A stretch of DNA of 60,542 bases, the filler included, from Squatina squatina (lineage: Eukaryota), in assembly GCA_031763465.1 (NCBI GenBank). It is 4 parts of 4 records of this genome, joined end to end, with 100 filler letters (N's around TTAATTAATTAA, not from the genome) between each part and the next. Parts side by side here need not be neighbours in the genome. Positions count along the whole stretch, not along the records: positions 1 to 12,963 come from JARFOE010000219.1; positions 13,064 to 30,461 come from JARFOE010000194.1; 2 more parts are not named here. One strand, written 5' to 3'. The notes beneath the pieces are model-generated. The model ran no database searches. It was not told the origin of the DNA and saw only the letters and a program-made list of their open reading frames with translations. Below, piece by piece: positions 10,016-22,875 of this stretch. The position numbers and the translations under genes were made by a program. The stretch's first letter is position 1. Each line of letters opens with the position of its first letter.

Positions 10016-12963
10016 AACATTTGAGGCATTGGTTGGAGAATTATGATTTGTTAAAAAACATATGTTCTACCTTTAATTTGCAAGCTGATTGATTAGGTTG
10101 CAAGGAAACAGTGTGCAGCACAATGAGATAGTGAAATAGAAAGACTACTTAACATTAGTCTCAGTATTAATTTAATGATTTAGACTTGCATCTATTTGAT
10201 CATTACTTGCCTGCAAGGAACCAGAGGACAGGTAGTCAGTATAGGCTGCTTTTTGCCACAATATTTCTTTTTGGTTCATATTCTCCCTTCCATGCATTTT
10301 TCTGATGACATGCCTTTTTTCAGCAGAACAAATGTAACATTGGTATGCTCAGAAATAAACAAAGTCTTGATGAAATTTTTCAGTAGCAATTGCTATAATT
10401 CATCTTGTACTGTCTGGTTCTGGAAGTCATGAATAGATTAAGATGCTCCCTTCCTTTGTGCAGATGCAAACACCCCCATCCACACCAATATTTTGGCTGT
10501 GATTTTAAACAGCAATAGAAATTTCATAAGATTGATCATCATAAAATCTAAGTGTTAAAATGTGGAAGTGAGTGATTTATTGCCATCAAAACCCGGCAAA
10601 AGATTTGCTATTGAAAAAATGGCAAGATACTTTATAGTACATTTACATACTGCACAGTACAACAGTAAAAACAGCAAAGAGGCAAACTCAAACAGTAGAC
10701 CTCCATTTTGCTGCCTTGGAAACTTTACAATTTAAGATGTAATTAGGTAGGTTATGATTAAGGACATTTAGATATAGTTGACTGAAGTAGTTCTATATGG
10801 TGGGGGAAGGATTTTATATGGCTTTCAATAAACTATAAACAGATATGTAAATAACAATTGTACCGTATAACTTTATAGTGAGAGGCTACTGTATTATGAA
10901 CTACACGCAAACATTTCCACTGTATAAAAAGCTACCAGGTAGTGTTTCACATAGAAATCTATTCTCTGGGCACATTTGGAAAATGTCACATTCCCAAAAG
11001 ATGACATTTTATTACAATAAATCCTAAAACTGTATTTGTAGAATATCATTTCACAATCTGGGATTTTGCAATCATTTTAAATTCTCCTCTGAAAATGCCC
11101 ATGGAATAAAACAAGAAATCTCCTGAGATGGTGCATTCTAACTTGTGAAACAACATTGCATGAATTGACAATTTTCCATCAAAAATATTTAAACTTTTTT
11201 TTTTAAAACCACAAAATTTCAGACTCTTAAAACCACTTTATTTTACCGCATCTTACAGAGTTATCTTACAAACATTGCAATTTCCATTTAACCCTTTCCT
11301 GTCGCTTTTGTCCTGCTCATTTGGAGAGAAGTAGCAGGGACACCAGTGAAATTCAGTAACATTTACTGACTAAAAACAGAAGTCCAATCAGTCAACACAG
11401 AATTAAATCATTGATATTGAACAGTTGCCCAATCTCATTTACTACCCTCAACTCCAGTAAAACTGCATGGCAAAGAAATCAAGTTGGTTTACTTAAACCC
11501 AAGGACTCATTCCATAAAGTGTGCTCTGCTCCCAATCTCCGTCTGATGTTTTGTACTTGTAAACTGATGAAAGTGTCAAATCCATTGTTCAGTGGCCATC
11601 TACCCTTCTAGAAAATAAGGCAGATTAAGGGACTTTTGAACCATGTAAAGCAGTATTATTCCAAGTAGCTCATGTACTCGAGGGTGAAAACAATCATTAG
11701 CTCCAAAGAAGAGCTCAGCTGCAGAAGGCATACAGATATTGAACTGAAATTGGGTAATATGCACTTTGAATTTATTAATGTCCTTCAGAAATGGCAAACT
11801 TATGCACCTGGTGAGTGAGGATCCTGCAACTAACCTGCCTGCATACTTAAATGGACAATAAAATGTGTCCCAATCACTTTAAAAATCCTACCTTTCACAG
11901 CTTCCAAGAATCTGAATAGATTCTTGGTTAAAATCATATATAAACGTACAATCTGCTATTTAAAAATTTCCTCTATTTAAACCAAGAAAGGTGCATTATA
12001 TAGAATCAGCAAAATGTAGCTGTATACAAGGGGGTTTTAGGAACAGCAGCTACTGGACATTTCTCGAAANNNNNNNNNNNNNNNNNNNNNNNNNNNNNNN
12101 NNNNNNNNNNNNNNNNNNNNNNNNNNNNNNNNNNNNNNNNNNNNNNNNNNNNNNNNNNNNNNNNNNNNNNNNNNNNNNNNNNNNACTCACCACCAAAACT
12201 ATTGTTCAAATAAATGCAAAAGCTTTGTTGCAAGATTGTCTGGAGAAAAAAAAAAGCATGCACTCAAACTAGAAATGAGACATATATGCATATCTATACA
12301 GGCACTGGCAGACGCAATGTTATTTTGTTGTTACGCTCACACACATACACACAACTCCTAACACGTGCTTTCTTCATTCACTGATCACTGAGGTACCAAG
12401 AATTATTAAATGGAAAATTTAATATGAAAAATAAAATCTGAAACACAGAATCAACACCCTTTGAGGAGTTCAGTATTTAATCTGGCAAATTTCTGTATGA
12501 AATGTTGGTGCAGTCCATGGAGAAATCTCAACATACAAGCTTTCTGGAAGCCACAAAACATTTTCCACCAACAGGTCATTTGAGATGCTGTCTACTGCAA
12601 ATGACAGGCAACTTTGTTTCTTTTCTCAGACTTCACTGAAATGATGCATCTCAGAACAACTGCTCCATCTTTCTGGTACCACAATTCATCCATGAATATT
12701 TTGACAATTTTTAAAGAAAAAAAATTCCCAAAGTGTTTCCCCATCAGAGAATGTTTAATATTAATCCCTAGCCTGAATCAACCTGAACTTGAAATAGACC
12801 ACAACAATTAATGCTGTTATTAGAACCATAAAGGTGTTTTAAAAGCTGCAATTTTTAGGTTACAATTGCAGCAGATTTATAAACTAGGTGCTGCTTCAAT
12901 TTCCGAGTTGAATACCAGCTACACCAAGCACCGAGTGGCAATTTCTCTAAAATTACCGAGAGT

Positions 12964-13063
12964 NNNNNNNNNNNNNNNNNNNNNNNNNNNNNNNNNNNNN
13001 NNNNNNNTTAATTAATTAANNNNNNNNNNNNNNNNNNNNNNNNNNNNNNNNNNNNNNNNNNNN
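12964..13063. other. Artificial scaffold-joining linker
   Basis: 44 N + TTAATTAATTAA (13008-13019; stop codons in all six frames) + 44 N. Confidence 0.95.
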
Positions 13064-14641
13064 CGTGTACTGAAGATCATGTCCATTGTGCCCCTTGATG
13101 GGCGGAATCCGCATTGAGAGTCTGGAAGAAGCTCTTCAGCCACTGGAAGGAGATGGTTGAGGAGGATTCTTGTGACCTTCCCTGTGGCAGATAGGGAGAT
13201 CTCTCTATAGTTTCCGCAATCGGACTTGTTTCCTTGAAGATAGTCATGATTACAGCGCCTCGGAGATCCCCTGGCATGCTCTCTCCCTCCTAGACGAGGG
13301 AGACGAGGTCATGGATTCATGCCACGAGTGCCTTTCCGCCGTAGTTTAGGACTTCAGCGGGGATTCCGTCTGCACCGGAGGCCTTGTTTTTCAGCTACCG
13401 GATGGCCTTTTCAACCTCATCGGGCAGGAGTTGTGCTGAGATAGTGGCGGGGAGGATATTGTGGGATGGAATCAAGGGCTCTCGTGTCGAGGACTGAGTC
13501 TTGGTTGAGGAGTTCATCGAAGTGCTCCTTCCATCGGGCGCTGACTGCCTCTCTGTCCGTGATGAGCACCTCTTAGTTCTTAGCTCTGAGTGGGGTAGGT
13601 CCTTAAGTGTTTGGGCCGTAGATGGTGTGGACTGCGCTGAAGAAACCACGCATATCAGGGTTGTCGGTGAGTTGCTGGATCTCCTGTGCTCCTTCAACCC
13701 GCCATCTATTCTTTAGGTCCAGGTTTTTTGTTGGACCTCTGCCTTCATTTGTCTGTAGACCTGTTTTCTTTCCCTCGAGCTTTGGTCGTGCTTCTAATTC
13801 AAGAACACCTTACATTTGCGGTTTAGCAGCTCCTGGATCTCCTGGTTGTTCTCAACAAACCAGTCTTGATGTTTCCTGATCGAGAAACCAAGAGTCTCTT
13901 TTCAGGTGCTGGTAATCATAGACTTGAGGGCGGACCACACACTGTGGACACACTCTGTGGCTCCGGTTCGTTGAGCGTACCCAGGCTGGTTGTAAGGCAT
14001 TGGCTGAGTAGAGCTTTCTTCGCGGGATTTTTGAGTCCTTCAATGCGGATTTTCCTGCGGCAGTGTTTCTGTTGTCGCTGTCATTTTTGGGCCAGGTTGA
14101 CAGAGATAACAGAGCGGATTAGGCGGTGGTCAATGCAGCAGTCGTCGGCTCCTGTCATGGCATGGGTGATGTGGACATCCTTGCGGTCCCTTGCTCAAAC
14201 GATGACATAGTTTAGCAGGTGTCAGTGCCTGGAGCGAGGGTGCGGCCATGAGGTCTTACGCGTGTCTCTCTGGCGGAATAGGGTGTTGGTTATGATAAGG
14301 CCATGTTCCAAACATTTCGTCAGGAGGAGGACTCTGTTGGAGTTTGCTTTCCCTACTCCCTCCCTGCTGATTGCGCCTTTCCAGAGGTTTGCGTCCTTCC
14401 CGACTCTGGCATTGAAATCGCCGAGGAGGATCAGCTTGTCTCCCTTTGGGACATGGGACAGGGATTGCTCAAGGGTGGAGTAGAAATCCTCTTTAGCTTC
14501 ATCCGTTGTTTCTAGGGTTGGGGTGTTCGCACTGACGCCCGTGGTGTACTGGGTCCAGGTTATGAGGCATTCATTTACCTTGCAAGGGGACTCACTTAGG
14601 CGCCTGACTAACTTGTTTTTTATGGCAAAACCAACCCCGTG
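13064..14641 (-). mobile_element. RTE-clade LINE, copy 1 (endonuclease C-half to RT start), decayed
   Basis: Minus strand gives GVGFAIKNKLV..., LILLGDFNARVG, DGIPAEVLNYGG, MPGDLRGAVIMTIFK and SQCGFRPSRGTMDMIF: RTE EN and RT motifs with frameshifts. Confidence 0.9.
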
Positions 14642-14741
14642 NNNNNNNNNNNNNNNNNNNNNNNNNNNNNNNNNNNNNNNNNNNNNNNNNNNNNNNNNNN
14701 NNNNNNNNNNNNNNNNNNNNNNNNNNNNNNNNNNNNNNNNN

Positions 14742-15870
14742 GAACGTCTTGCATTTGCAGTTTAATAGCTCTTGGATCCCCTCGTCGTTCTTGTCAAACC
14801 AGTCTTGATGTTTCCTGGTGGAGAAACCAAGAGCCTCCTTGCAGGTGCTGGTAATTGTGGACTTAAGGGCAGACCTGGCACTGTGGACACTCTGTGTCTC
14901 TGATTTGTTGAGCGTAGCCAGGTAAGTTGTGAGACGTCAACTGAGCAGGGCTTTCTTCACGGGATCTTTGCATCCTTTGACGTTGATTTTCCTGCGGCAG
15001 TGTTTCTGTTGCCACGGTCGTATTTGGGCCAGGTTGATGGAAATAATAGAGCACATTCGGCGGTGGTCAGTCCAGCAGTCGTCGGCTCCTGTCATGGCGC
15101 GGGAGATGCAGACAGCCTTGCGGTCCCTCACTCAAATGATGACGTCTAGTAGGTGTCAATGCCTGTAGCGAGGGTGTTGCCGTGAGGCCTTGTGCTTGTC
15201 TCTCTGATGAAATAGGGTGTTGGTTATGACAAGACCATGTTCTGAGCATTTCATCCGGAGGAGGACTCCTTTGGAATTCCTCTTTGGCCTCGTCCGTTGC
15301 TTCTAGGGTTGGGGCGTTTGCACCGACGACCGTGGTGTGCTGCTTCTGGGTTAGAGTGAGCCGAAGGGTCATGAGGCGTTAGGTTATCCCACAAGGGGAC
15401 TCGCTAAGACACCCGACTAGTTCATTTTTTATGGTGAAGCCAACCCATGGAGATGGCGTTCTTCCTCTGGTTTACCTTTCCAGAAGAAGGCGTATCTGCC
15501 GCCTTGTTCCTTAAGCTGGCCTTCTCCCGCCCGCTGTGTCTCACTCAGGGCAGTAATGTTGATGTTGTAACATCTGAGTTCCCGGGCTATGATAGCGGTG
15601 CAACGTTCAGGACTGTCGCTGTTGGGGTTATCCATGACGGTCCTGACGTTTCAGGTCCCAAACCTTATTTTGAAGGGGTGGAAGATGCCTGTGCATGAAT
15701 TCTTTGAACATGGGGTGGCCTTTGCACACTGGCTACCACACAGTCTTGGCAGAGCAAGGACTTGGCCCAATGGCAAGGAGGTCCGAGACAAAAGTAGAAA
15801 TGAGTTTGTCAGCCTTGTTGGCTGTGACTCGCTACTCCGTAGGTAACCCGGTATGGAAGCGAACAAGGGA
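14742..15870 (-). mobile_element. RTE-clade LINE, copy 2 (5' UTR plus endonuclease), internally deleted
   Basis: MDNPNSDSPERCTAIIARELRCYNINITALSETQRAGEGQLKEQGGRYAFFWKGKPEEERHLHG is the RTE AP-endonuclease N-terminus; 14742-15450 parallels 13810-14640. Upstream boundary approximate. Confidence 0.9.
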
Positions 15871-16604
15871 AACAGGCCACTTCACTTCCCTCTGTCATCT
15901 GACCTGTCATCATCGTCTTCCAGTGATGATGTGTTGGTGCCCTTGACTTCCGTGATCCGTTCATCCAAAGTGATGACTTTTTGTGTGTCGGTCCTGTCCA
16001 ACATAATCGTGCAGGATGTTTGCCTGCATAATAACAACAACAGCAACTTGCCTTCATATAGTGCCTTCATCACAGAATCATACAACACAGCTGGAGGCCA
16101 TTCGGCCCATCGTGCCTGTGCCGGCTCTTTGAAAGAGCTCTCCAATTAGTCNNNNNNNNNNNNNNNNNNNNNNNNNNNNNNNNNNNNNNNNNNNNNNNNN
16201 NNNNNNNNNNNNNNNNNNNNNNNNNNNNNNNNNNNNNNNNNNNNNNNNNNNACTGATTGACAATAAATTGAAGCTCTAACAGCAATATTCAGTGGCAGTG
16301 AGTAAAGAAAATCATGCGTTGGGATGTACTAAAAGGTCAGTAATGAGTCAAATTATTAGGGTACTTCTGCCAATTTGTAAATCATTGGTGCGGCCGCATT
16401 TCGAATACTGTGTACAATTCTGGTTGTAAAACCAATAATCCAGCTATTCTGAGGATACAGAGGAGGGAAAGCAGAATGATTGAGGGGCTGGAAGGATTGG
16501 ATTATGAGGAGTGATTGCATAAATTGGGCATGTTCTCACTGGAAAAAAAGGTTGAGAGATGCTATGATTGATGTTTTTGGTATTCTAAAGGGACTAGAAA
16601 GAGA

Positions 16605-16790
16605 AGAAAGTAATTATATAGTGCCTTTCATGACCTCAGGATGTGCCATAGTGTTTTAAAGCCAATGAAATACTTTTGAAGTGCAGTCACTGTTGTAATG
16701 TAGGAAATGTGGCAGCCATTTGCACACAGCAAGCTCCCACAAACAGCAATGTGATAATTACCAGATATTCTGTTTTAGTGACCAGATAAT
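16605..16790 (-). mobile_element. DeuSINE-type SINE 3' half
   Basis: cagccaatgaagtacttttgaagtgtagtcactgttgtaatgtaggaa...cacagcaagctcccacaaacagcaatgtgataat-type segment shared with copies at 42651-43055 and 53440-53630. Confidence 0.75.
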
Positions 16791-19700
16791 GTCGACCATG
16801 ACAATTTATCATTAAAACCAGCTGGGCCTCTGACCATGGTTTCCTGACGGGCTTCCCACTCACCCAACCAGCCTCCAGCCTGGGAATTAAAATTTGCTAC
16901 ATTGTCTGTCAGGTTTCTCCATACCCTGGGCTTCAAAAAAGATGAGAAATAGAAATTCAGTACATCAGTAAACGTATATGTCTGAGGGTCATATTCAGAG
17001 AGATTGGGAGACACACGGCAAAAGGATAGACAGATTCACAGCACAATGAGAAGAGTACCTGAAAGGCATTCAGAAACAGAGAAAAGAAGACAGAAAGAAC
17101 AGCAACAAAAAATAAGGAGTAGGAAAGAACATGGGAGACAGTTGTACAAAAAGAGATTTTTTATTTCTCTCCATAAGCACCACAGGGGACCAGCTTTAAT
17201 TAGTCCTTAAAATAACAATGCAATTATCTTATTGTGTTACAGAAGGGCATGCTTGCTTCAATATTTGTTAAAAATAGTAAGTATATACAGTTCTAAAAAA
17301 CAACTATAAATCACAAATGTATCAAGTTAAACAAATAGATACAAAAACTAATCATACTAATGTATGAGTTTTATTGAGGCAATTCAGAAACTCCAGAAGC
17401 AATTTTCTCCTATCTGAGAGCTCCAAACCCTATCCACAGACAAAATGCTTGGTTTGAGGAATAAGTACAAATGTTGCAGTTGAATTTGAATTTTTCTGAT
17501 TCCAGTGACCTTTTCCAGTATTAAAATGTCATTACATTATGTCCTGTTCCATCTCTCTGCAATGACTTAACTATCACATTCACTCCTACGTGGCATTAAT
17601 CTCCCACTATGCTTCCTAAATGATACAATATTGAATACATACTTGTCACATACTCTTACACCGCAGTCCAATGTGATTTTCACTGCATTCATAAGAAGAA
17701 TACTATTCAGTTGTGTAATTATATAATATTCAGTTATACCATTATATAACTGTCACACGTGTAGAATAGACATTTAACTGAAACTTCCAGAATGCAACCT
17801 TCTAGAAAGATTACAGCATACCAACAGCTGTAGCATTATAATTGTATGTAAATTGCACAATTAAAAGTGTGTGTGACTGAACTGTGGCAAAAACACTGTA
17901 ATTAACATTTCATACATATCAAATTAAAGCTCAGATAGCAGATCTGCTGAAAAACAGCTCCATCGTACACTAAAGACATGTACTGCAAGTAAAATATAGT
18001 AAAGTTCAAAACAAAATGATTATTAGCACTAGGTGATAGCCTGCACAGTGAGTCACCTTTTACTCTATTCATGTCGGCCAGTATTACTGCACTTCATCAG
18101 TCATTAATGAGGCGGGTTGAATAAATTGATTCTTAATGTAATATGTACATCATTGGAGGTCGTCAATAGTGTAGACGGTCCTATCTCCATTTAACTACCA
18201 TAGACAAAATACCAAAGAAGTAAATATATTCTAATTGTTTATATTCTACAGTCCTTCCAGTGAGATGTACTTATAATCACATCTGATTATTGACATTGTA
18301 ATCTAATACCTGTTTTGATTTGAATATATGTGACAAGTAAATGTGTTATATGCATTGAAAATATATAATTACAGTCATTTGGGGATAACATGAATTTCTG
18401 CTTAATACAAAAGTACCACATTTCAAAATAACTATAGCGCTGATGATCCTGTCTTCACTTATTTTAACAAAAAGATAGGTGTGAATAAGAGTAATGNNNN
18501 NNNNNNNNNNNNNNNNNNNNNNNNNNNNNNNNNNNNNNNNNNNNNNNNNNNNNNNNNNNNNNNNNNNNNNNNNNNNNNNNNNNNNNNNNNNNNNNNGCAC
18601 TACCACGAGTCTACAGCAGACCAATTGGGCCCCCTATTGTTTCAGTGGTGAATTGTCATGCTTGTTACCTCCTTAGATTATTTGAAGGTTGACCTTTCCC
18701 AACAAAAATGTAAATACTCCATTTACTCCATTACAGAAATTACCAGGGATTAGTCAATAACCTGAATTTTCCTCTATTGCCATTAAACCATTATCCACAT
18801 ATATTGAGCACTCCATGGCTGGATCAACATATAGTTGTATATTTGTTTTGGTCATGTGGCTTCTTGGCTACTTGAGGAGCATTAAAAGGTCATTATTGCA
18901 GGTGCATTGTAAATAGGATCTCTTTCTCATCACTACTAAGAAAACTGTATTTCCATAAAGGGTACATTTCAGAAGCACATATTCACACACTGCTGTTAGA
19001 GTCATAAAAGCGGGACATTCCCCCAATTGAAAAAAAGATGAAAATCGAGCCTATGAATTTATGATTCAGCAATTGAGACCAGGATTGGAGCACCATTACT
19101 TGTTTGCAGAAGTGCTGCATTTAAGCTTATGGGGCTGATATATGCATTTGGCTGATGCTGCAAACATGTCTCACTGTCACGCTGCAAGCTTTTGGCCTTA
19201 TTCTGTGAGAAACCAGTAATTTGTGAGAATAAAAAAACACAAAGCCTGCAGACATGTGTCCCGGTAACCAATAGTTACAATCTCATTTATAGCAGTCTCA
19301 GAGGATTGGAAATGTTATTAGCATTCTTGGAAAAGAAAATCTAGAAATAGCATCAGCTAGGGTGTTGTTAGTTTCTGGTATAAAGATTAATGATAAAAGA
19401 TGCTAAAGTTGCATCGTAAACCTAGGAAAGACAAATATTTAAACCCTCACAGTATTATGTCACTCCTTGTGGTGGTCTTACTAATGATGTATAAAATGGT
19501 AGTGTTGTCTTTGAAGATTTGCATCCTTTATGGCCTTCCACAGGGGGCTCAATAGCATGCTGCTACCACCACAATGGTTAGCTCCTTAATATTTGTATGT
19601 TTAATAGCCAGAGGGGGTACATTTTGAGCCCATGCCAAATAGATTCAATCACCCGTGTAGAAAGCTCTGTCACCCGTGCTATAAGCATCTGTTTGCACTG

Positions 19701-20360
19701 AATTAAAGGGCGATTGTCCCTAGATTCAGTATATATTACAGTTGCTGTTAAGGTGAAGTTGTCACCGGTGCCAGTCATTCCTGAGGTTATAAGCAAGTTA
19801 TGCTGTGTCTGCTTTTGTACTTTGATGGAAGAAAGGGTCCTACAACTGATCCCTAAGGAATATCTCCTTGCTGACCTTTTAAAAATTAAATATTTGCATT
19901 GCTAAGAGTTTTCAGTAGGTTCTGTAAATTCACTCACCAGCCATTGAAAATTAATGGCCGTTACATACTTCAACCCAGGTACGGGCAAGCTAAAACGTAA
20001 GCTTAAGGTTGAGCTAAATTTGGGCTGAGTCAAATGACTAGTGGGACTCTTCAAGCAAAACTTGAACCATATTATACTGAACTTGAGAACGGCCACATCT
20101 CCTTTTATATAAATTGATGTGCTTGAGAAATATATTAATGGCCTCACAATTTTTCACAATTCTACTCAACTAAATATTAACACAATGGTAAAGCATGCTG
20201 ACTATTAGTAATAGCTACAGAATGTCAATGTGAAAGTACAATTATACTAATAGGAAATNNNNNNNNNNNNNNNNNNNNNNNNNNNNNNNNNNNNNNNNNN
20301 NNNNNNNNNNNNNNNNNNNNNNNNNNNNNNNNNNNNNNNNNNNNNNNNNNNNNNNNNNTA

Positions 20361-20624
20361 CACAAGTGACAACTCTACCCTACGCAAGTGTCAACTCTAC
20401 TCTACGGAAGTGTCAACGCTACCCTACGCAAGTGTCAACTCCACCCTATGCAAGTGACAACTCTACCCTATGCAAGCGTCAACTCTACTCTACGCAAGTG
20501 TCAACTCCACCCTCCGCAAGTGACAACTCCACCTTACGCAAGTGTCAACACCACCCTACACAAGTGACAACTCTACCCTACGCAAGTGTCAACTCTACTC
20601 TACGGAAGTGTTAACTTCACCCTA
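20361..20624 (+). repeat. Minisatellite, 22-bp unit (consensus CGCAAGTGTCAACTCTACCCTA), at least 12 copies
   Basis: Twelve consecutive 22-bp units counted; left end truncated by a gap. Confidence 0.95.
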
Positions 20625-21504
20625 CAGAAGGAAAAGACTGTCTGTTGTCTTTGAACAATTCCTGACAATTGTTTTACACCACTTCTCCAGGCTTTCTGCA
20701 GAAGTTATAGCGGGGCATCGGGACACTCCCCGCCTGGAAATTCTACAATTTTGTTTCAGCTTGTTGCTGTCTTTCCGAGCTTATCTATTATCTTGACTCC
20801 ATTCTCTCTCTCCCCTCGCTCAAGTCTCTATCCACCTACCTTCAAGAGTTCCCGGAATCTCTCTGTAGCTGTGACAATTTTAGGTTAAAAATTGTTTTCT
20901 GAACCTAATCTCACCCAACACATTAACTGGTTCCCTTCCAGTTGCTGGTTAGCCTACTGTGCTTTTTCACTATTTATTTCAGATTTTTAGCATTCAACTG
21001 TTTTCTTTCTATCTCTCAGCCCCTTTTTTAGTACATTAAAATAGGAAGGAATGAAGGGCCTCAGATGATTCACAAGTGTCTGCCTGCAGATGCTGTGGAT
21101 TATGTCGCTGTTTTGTTCCTATTTTATTCATCTGCTACAAAAGAAGCAAAATTCTGAAACTATGCTGAAAATCTTGATGAATTTTAAGTATTCACCCTTT
21201 GATACAAATTGCAGTTCATGTGCATTTACTTTTCACACCCACACATGCTTTCTGTCCTGAATGTTAATGTGCCAAGAGGTGATCATTATGAATAACCCCT
21301 GCAGTGCAAGACATTCTCTGGCTTCCTTGCTCCTGTCTTTTTTTTGGCATTAACTTTTGCCATTGCTTGACAGTTATGGCTGGACAACATATGGACCTTC
21401 CACGTGTTCTTCCATTTCTAAACCAGACACTGCCATGCCCATTTCAGTCCATCTGTCCTTTTGACAGCTTGCCTGTGAACATTTCTTTGCAGTTTGTTCT
21501 CACT

Positions 21505-22875
21505 AATGAGGCAGGTTTAATAAAGGATCTCAGAGTAAAAGATCCCCGAGGAAACAATGATCAAAACATGATAGAATTTCACATTCAGTCTGAGGGTGAG
21601 AAACTTGGGTCTGAAACCACTGTATTAAACTTAAATAAAGGCAATTACAAAGCTATGGGGATGGAGTTGGCTAAATATTTGGGAAAATAGATTAGAAGTT
21701 AAGACAGTAGATAAGCAGTGGCAGACATTTAAGGAGATATTTCATGACTCTCAACAAAGATATATTCCAGTGAGAAAGAAAGACTCTATGAGAAGGATGA
21801 ACCAACCATGGCTAACTAAGGACGTTAAGGATGGTATCAAATTGAAAGAAAAGGCATACAATGTGGCGAAGATAAGTAGGCCCGAAGATTGGGAAAATTT
21901 TAGAAACCAGCAAAGGATGACAAAAAAAAGAGATTATGAGAGTAAACTTGCAAGAAATATAAAAACTGACAGTAAGAGCTTCGACAAGCATATAAAAAGG
22001 AAGAGAATAGCTAAAGTAAACGTTGGTCCCTTAGAGGATGAGACTGGGGAAATAATAATGGAAAACAAGGAAATGGCAGAGGTATTGAATAAATATTTTG
22101 TATCTCTCTTCACAGTATAAAACACTAAAAACATCCCAATAATAGTAGAAAATTAAGGGGCAAAAGGGATGGAGGAACTTAAAACAATCACTATCACTAT
22201 AGAAAAAGTATGAGGTAAACTAATGGGTTGAAAGAATGACAAGTCCCCTGGAACTGATGGTTTGTATCCTTGCATCTTAAAAGAAGTGGCTACAGACATA
22301 GTGGTTGCACTGGTCGTATTCTTCCAGAATTTCCTAGATTCTGGAAAAGTCCCAGTGGATTGGAAAACCACAAATGTAATGCCTTTATTTAAAAAAGGGA
22401 GGAGAAAGCAGGTAACTATAGGCCAGTTAGCCTAACATCTGTCATTATTAAGGAAGTAGCAGCAAGGCATTTAGAAATTCATAATACAATCAAGGAGTGT
22501 CCACAGGGTTTATGAAAGGGAAATTGTGTTTGACAAATTTATTGGAGTTCTTTAAGGAAGTAATGAGCAGGGTGGATAAAGGGGAACCAGTAGATGTCAT
22601 ATATTTGGATTTTCAAAAGGCATTTGATAAGGTACCACATAAAATGTTACCACACAAGATAAGAGCTCATGTTGTTGGGGATAATATATTAGCATGGATA
22701 GAGGATTGGCTAACTAACAGTTAAGATTCTCTAGATTCTGGATCAGTTCCTGTGGATTGGAGGGTAGCTAATGTAATCAGGGGATCAGGGGGTACGGTGA
22801 GAAAGCAGGTATGGGGTACTGAGTTGGAAGATCAGCCATGATCGTGTTGAATGGCGGTGCAGGCTCGAAGGGCCG
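21505..22875 (+). mobile_element. CR1 LINE ORF2 fragment plus 3' tail, decayed and rearranged
   Basis: NDQNMIEFHI, QPWLTKDVKDGIKLKEKAY, KEMAEVLNKYFVSLFT, KSPGTDGLYP, GFMKGKLCLTNLLEFF...VDVIYLDFQKAFDKVPH. Confidence 0.92.

Noticed and set aside
15882-16030. Minus-strand exon-like stretch (QTSCTIMLDRTDTQKVITLDER...DDDDR)
   Set aside because: The apparent acceptor is a SINE tail and the segment runs into the RTE 5' region; no recognisable protein.
20361-20624. CRISPR-like array
   Set aside because: Head-to-tail repeats with no unique spacers, in a vertebrate genome; it is a minisatellite.
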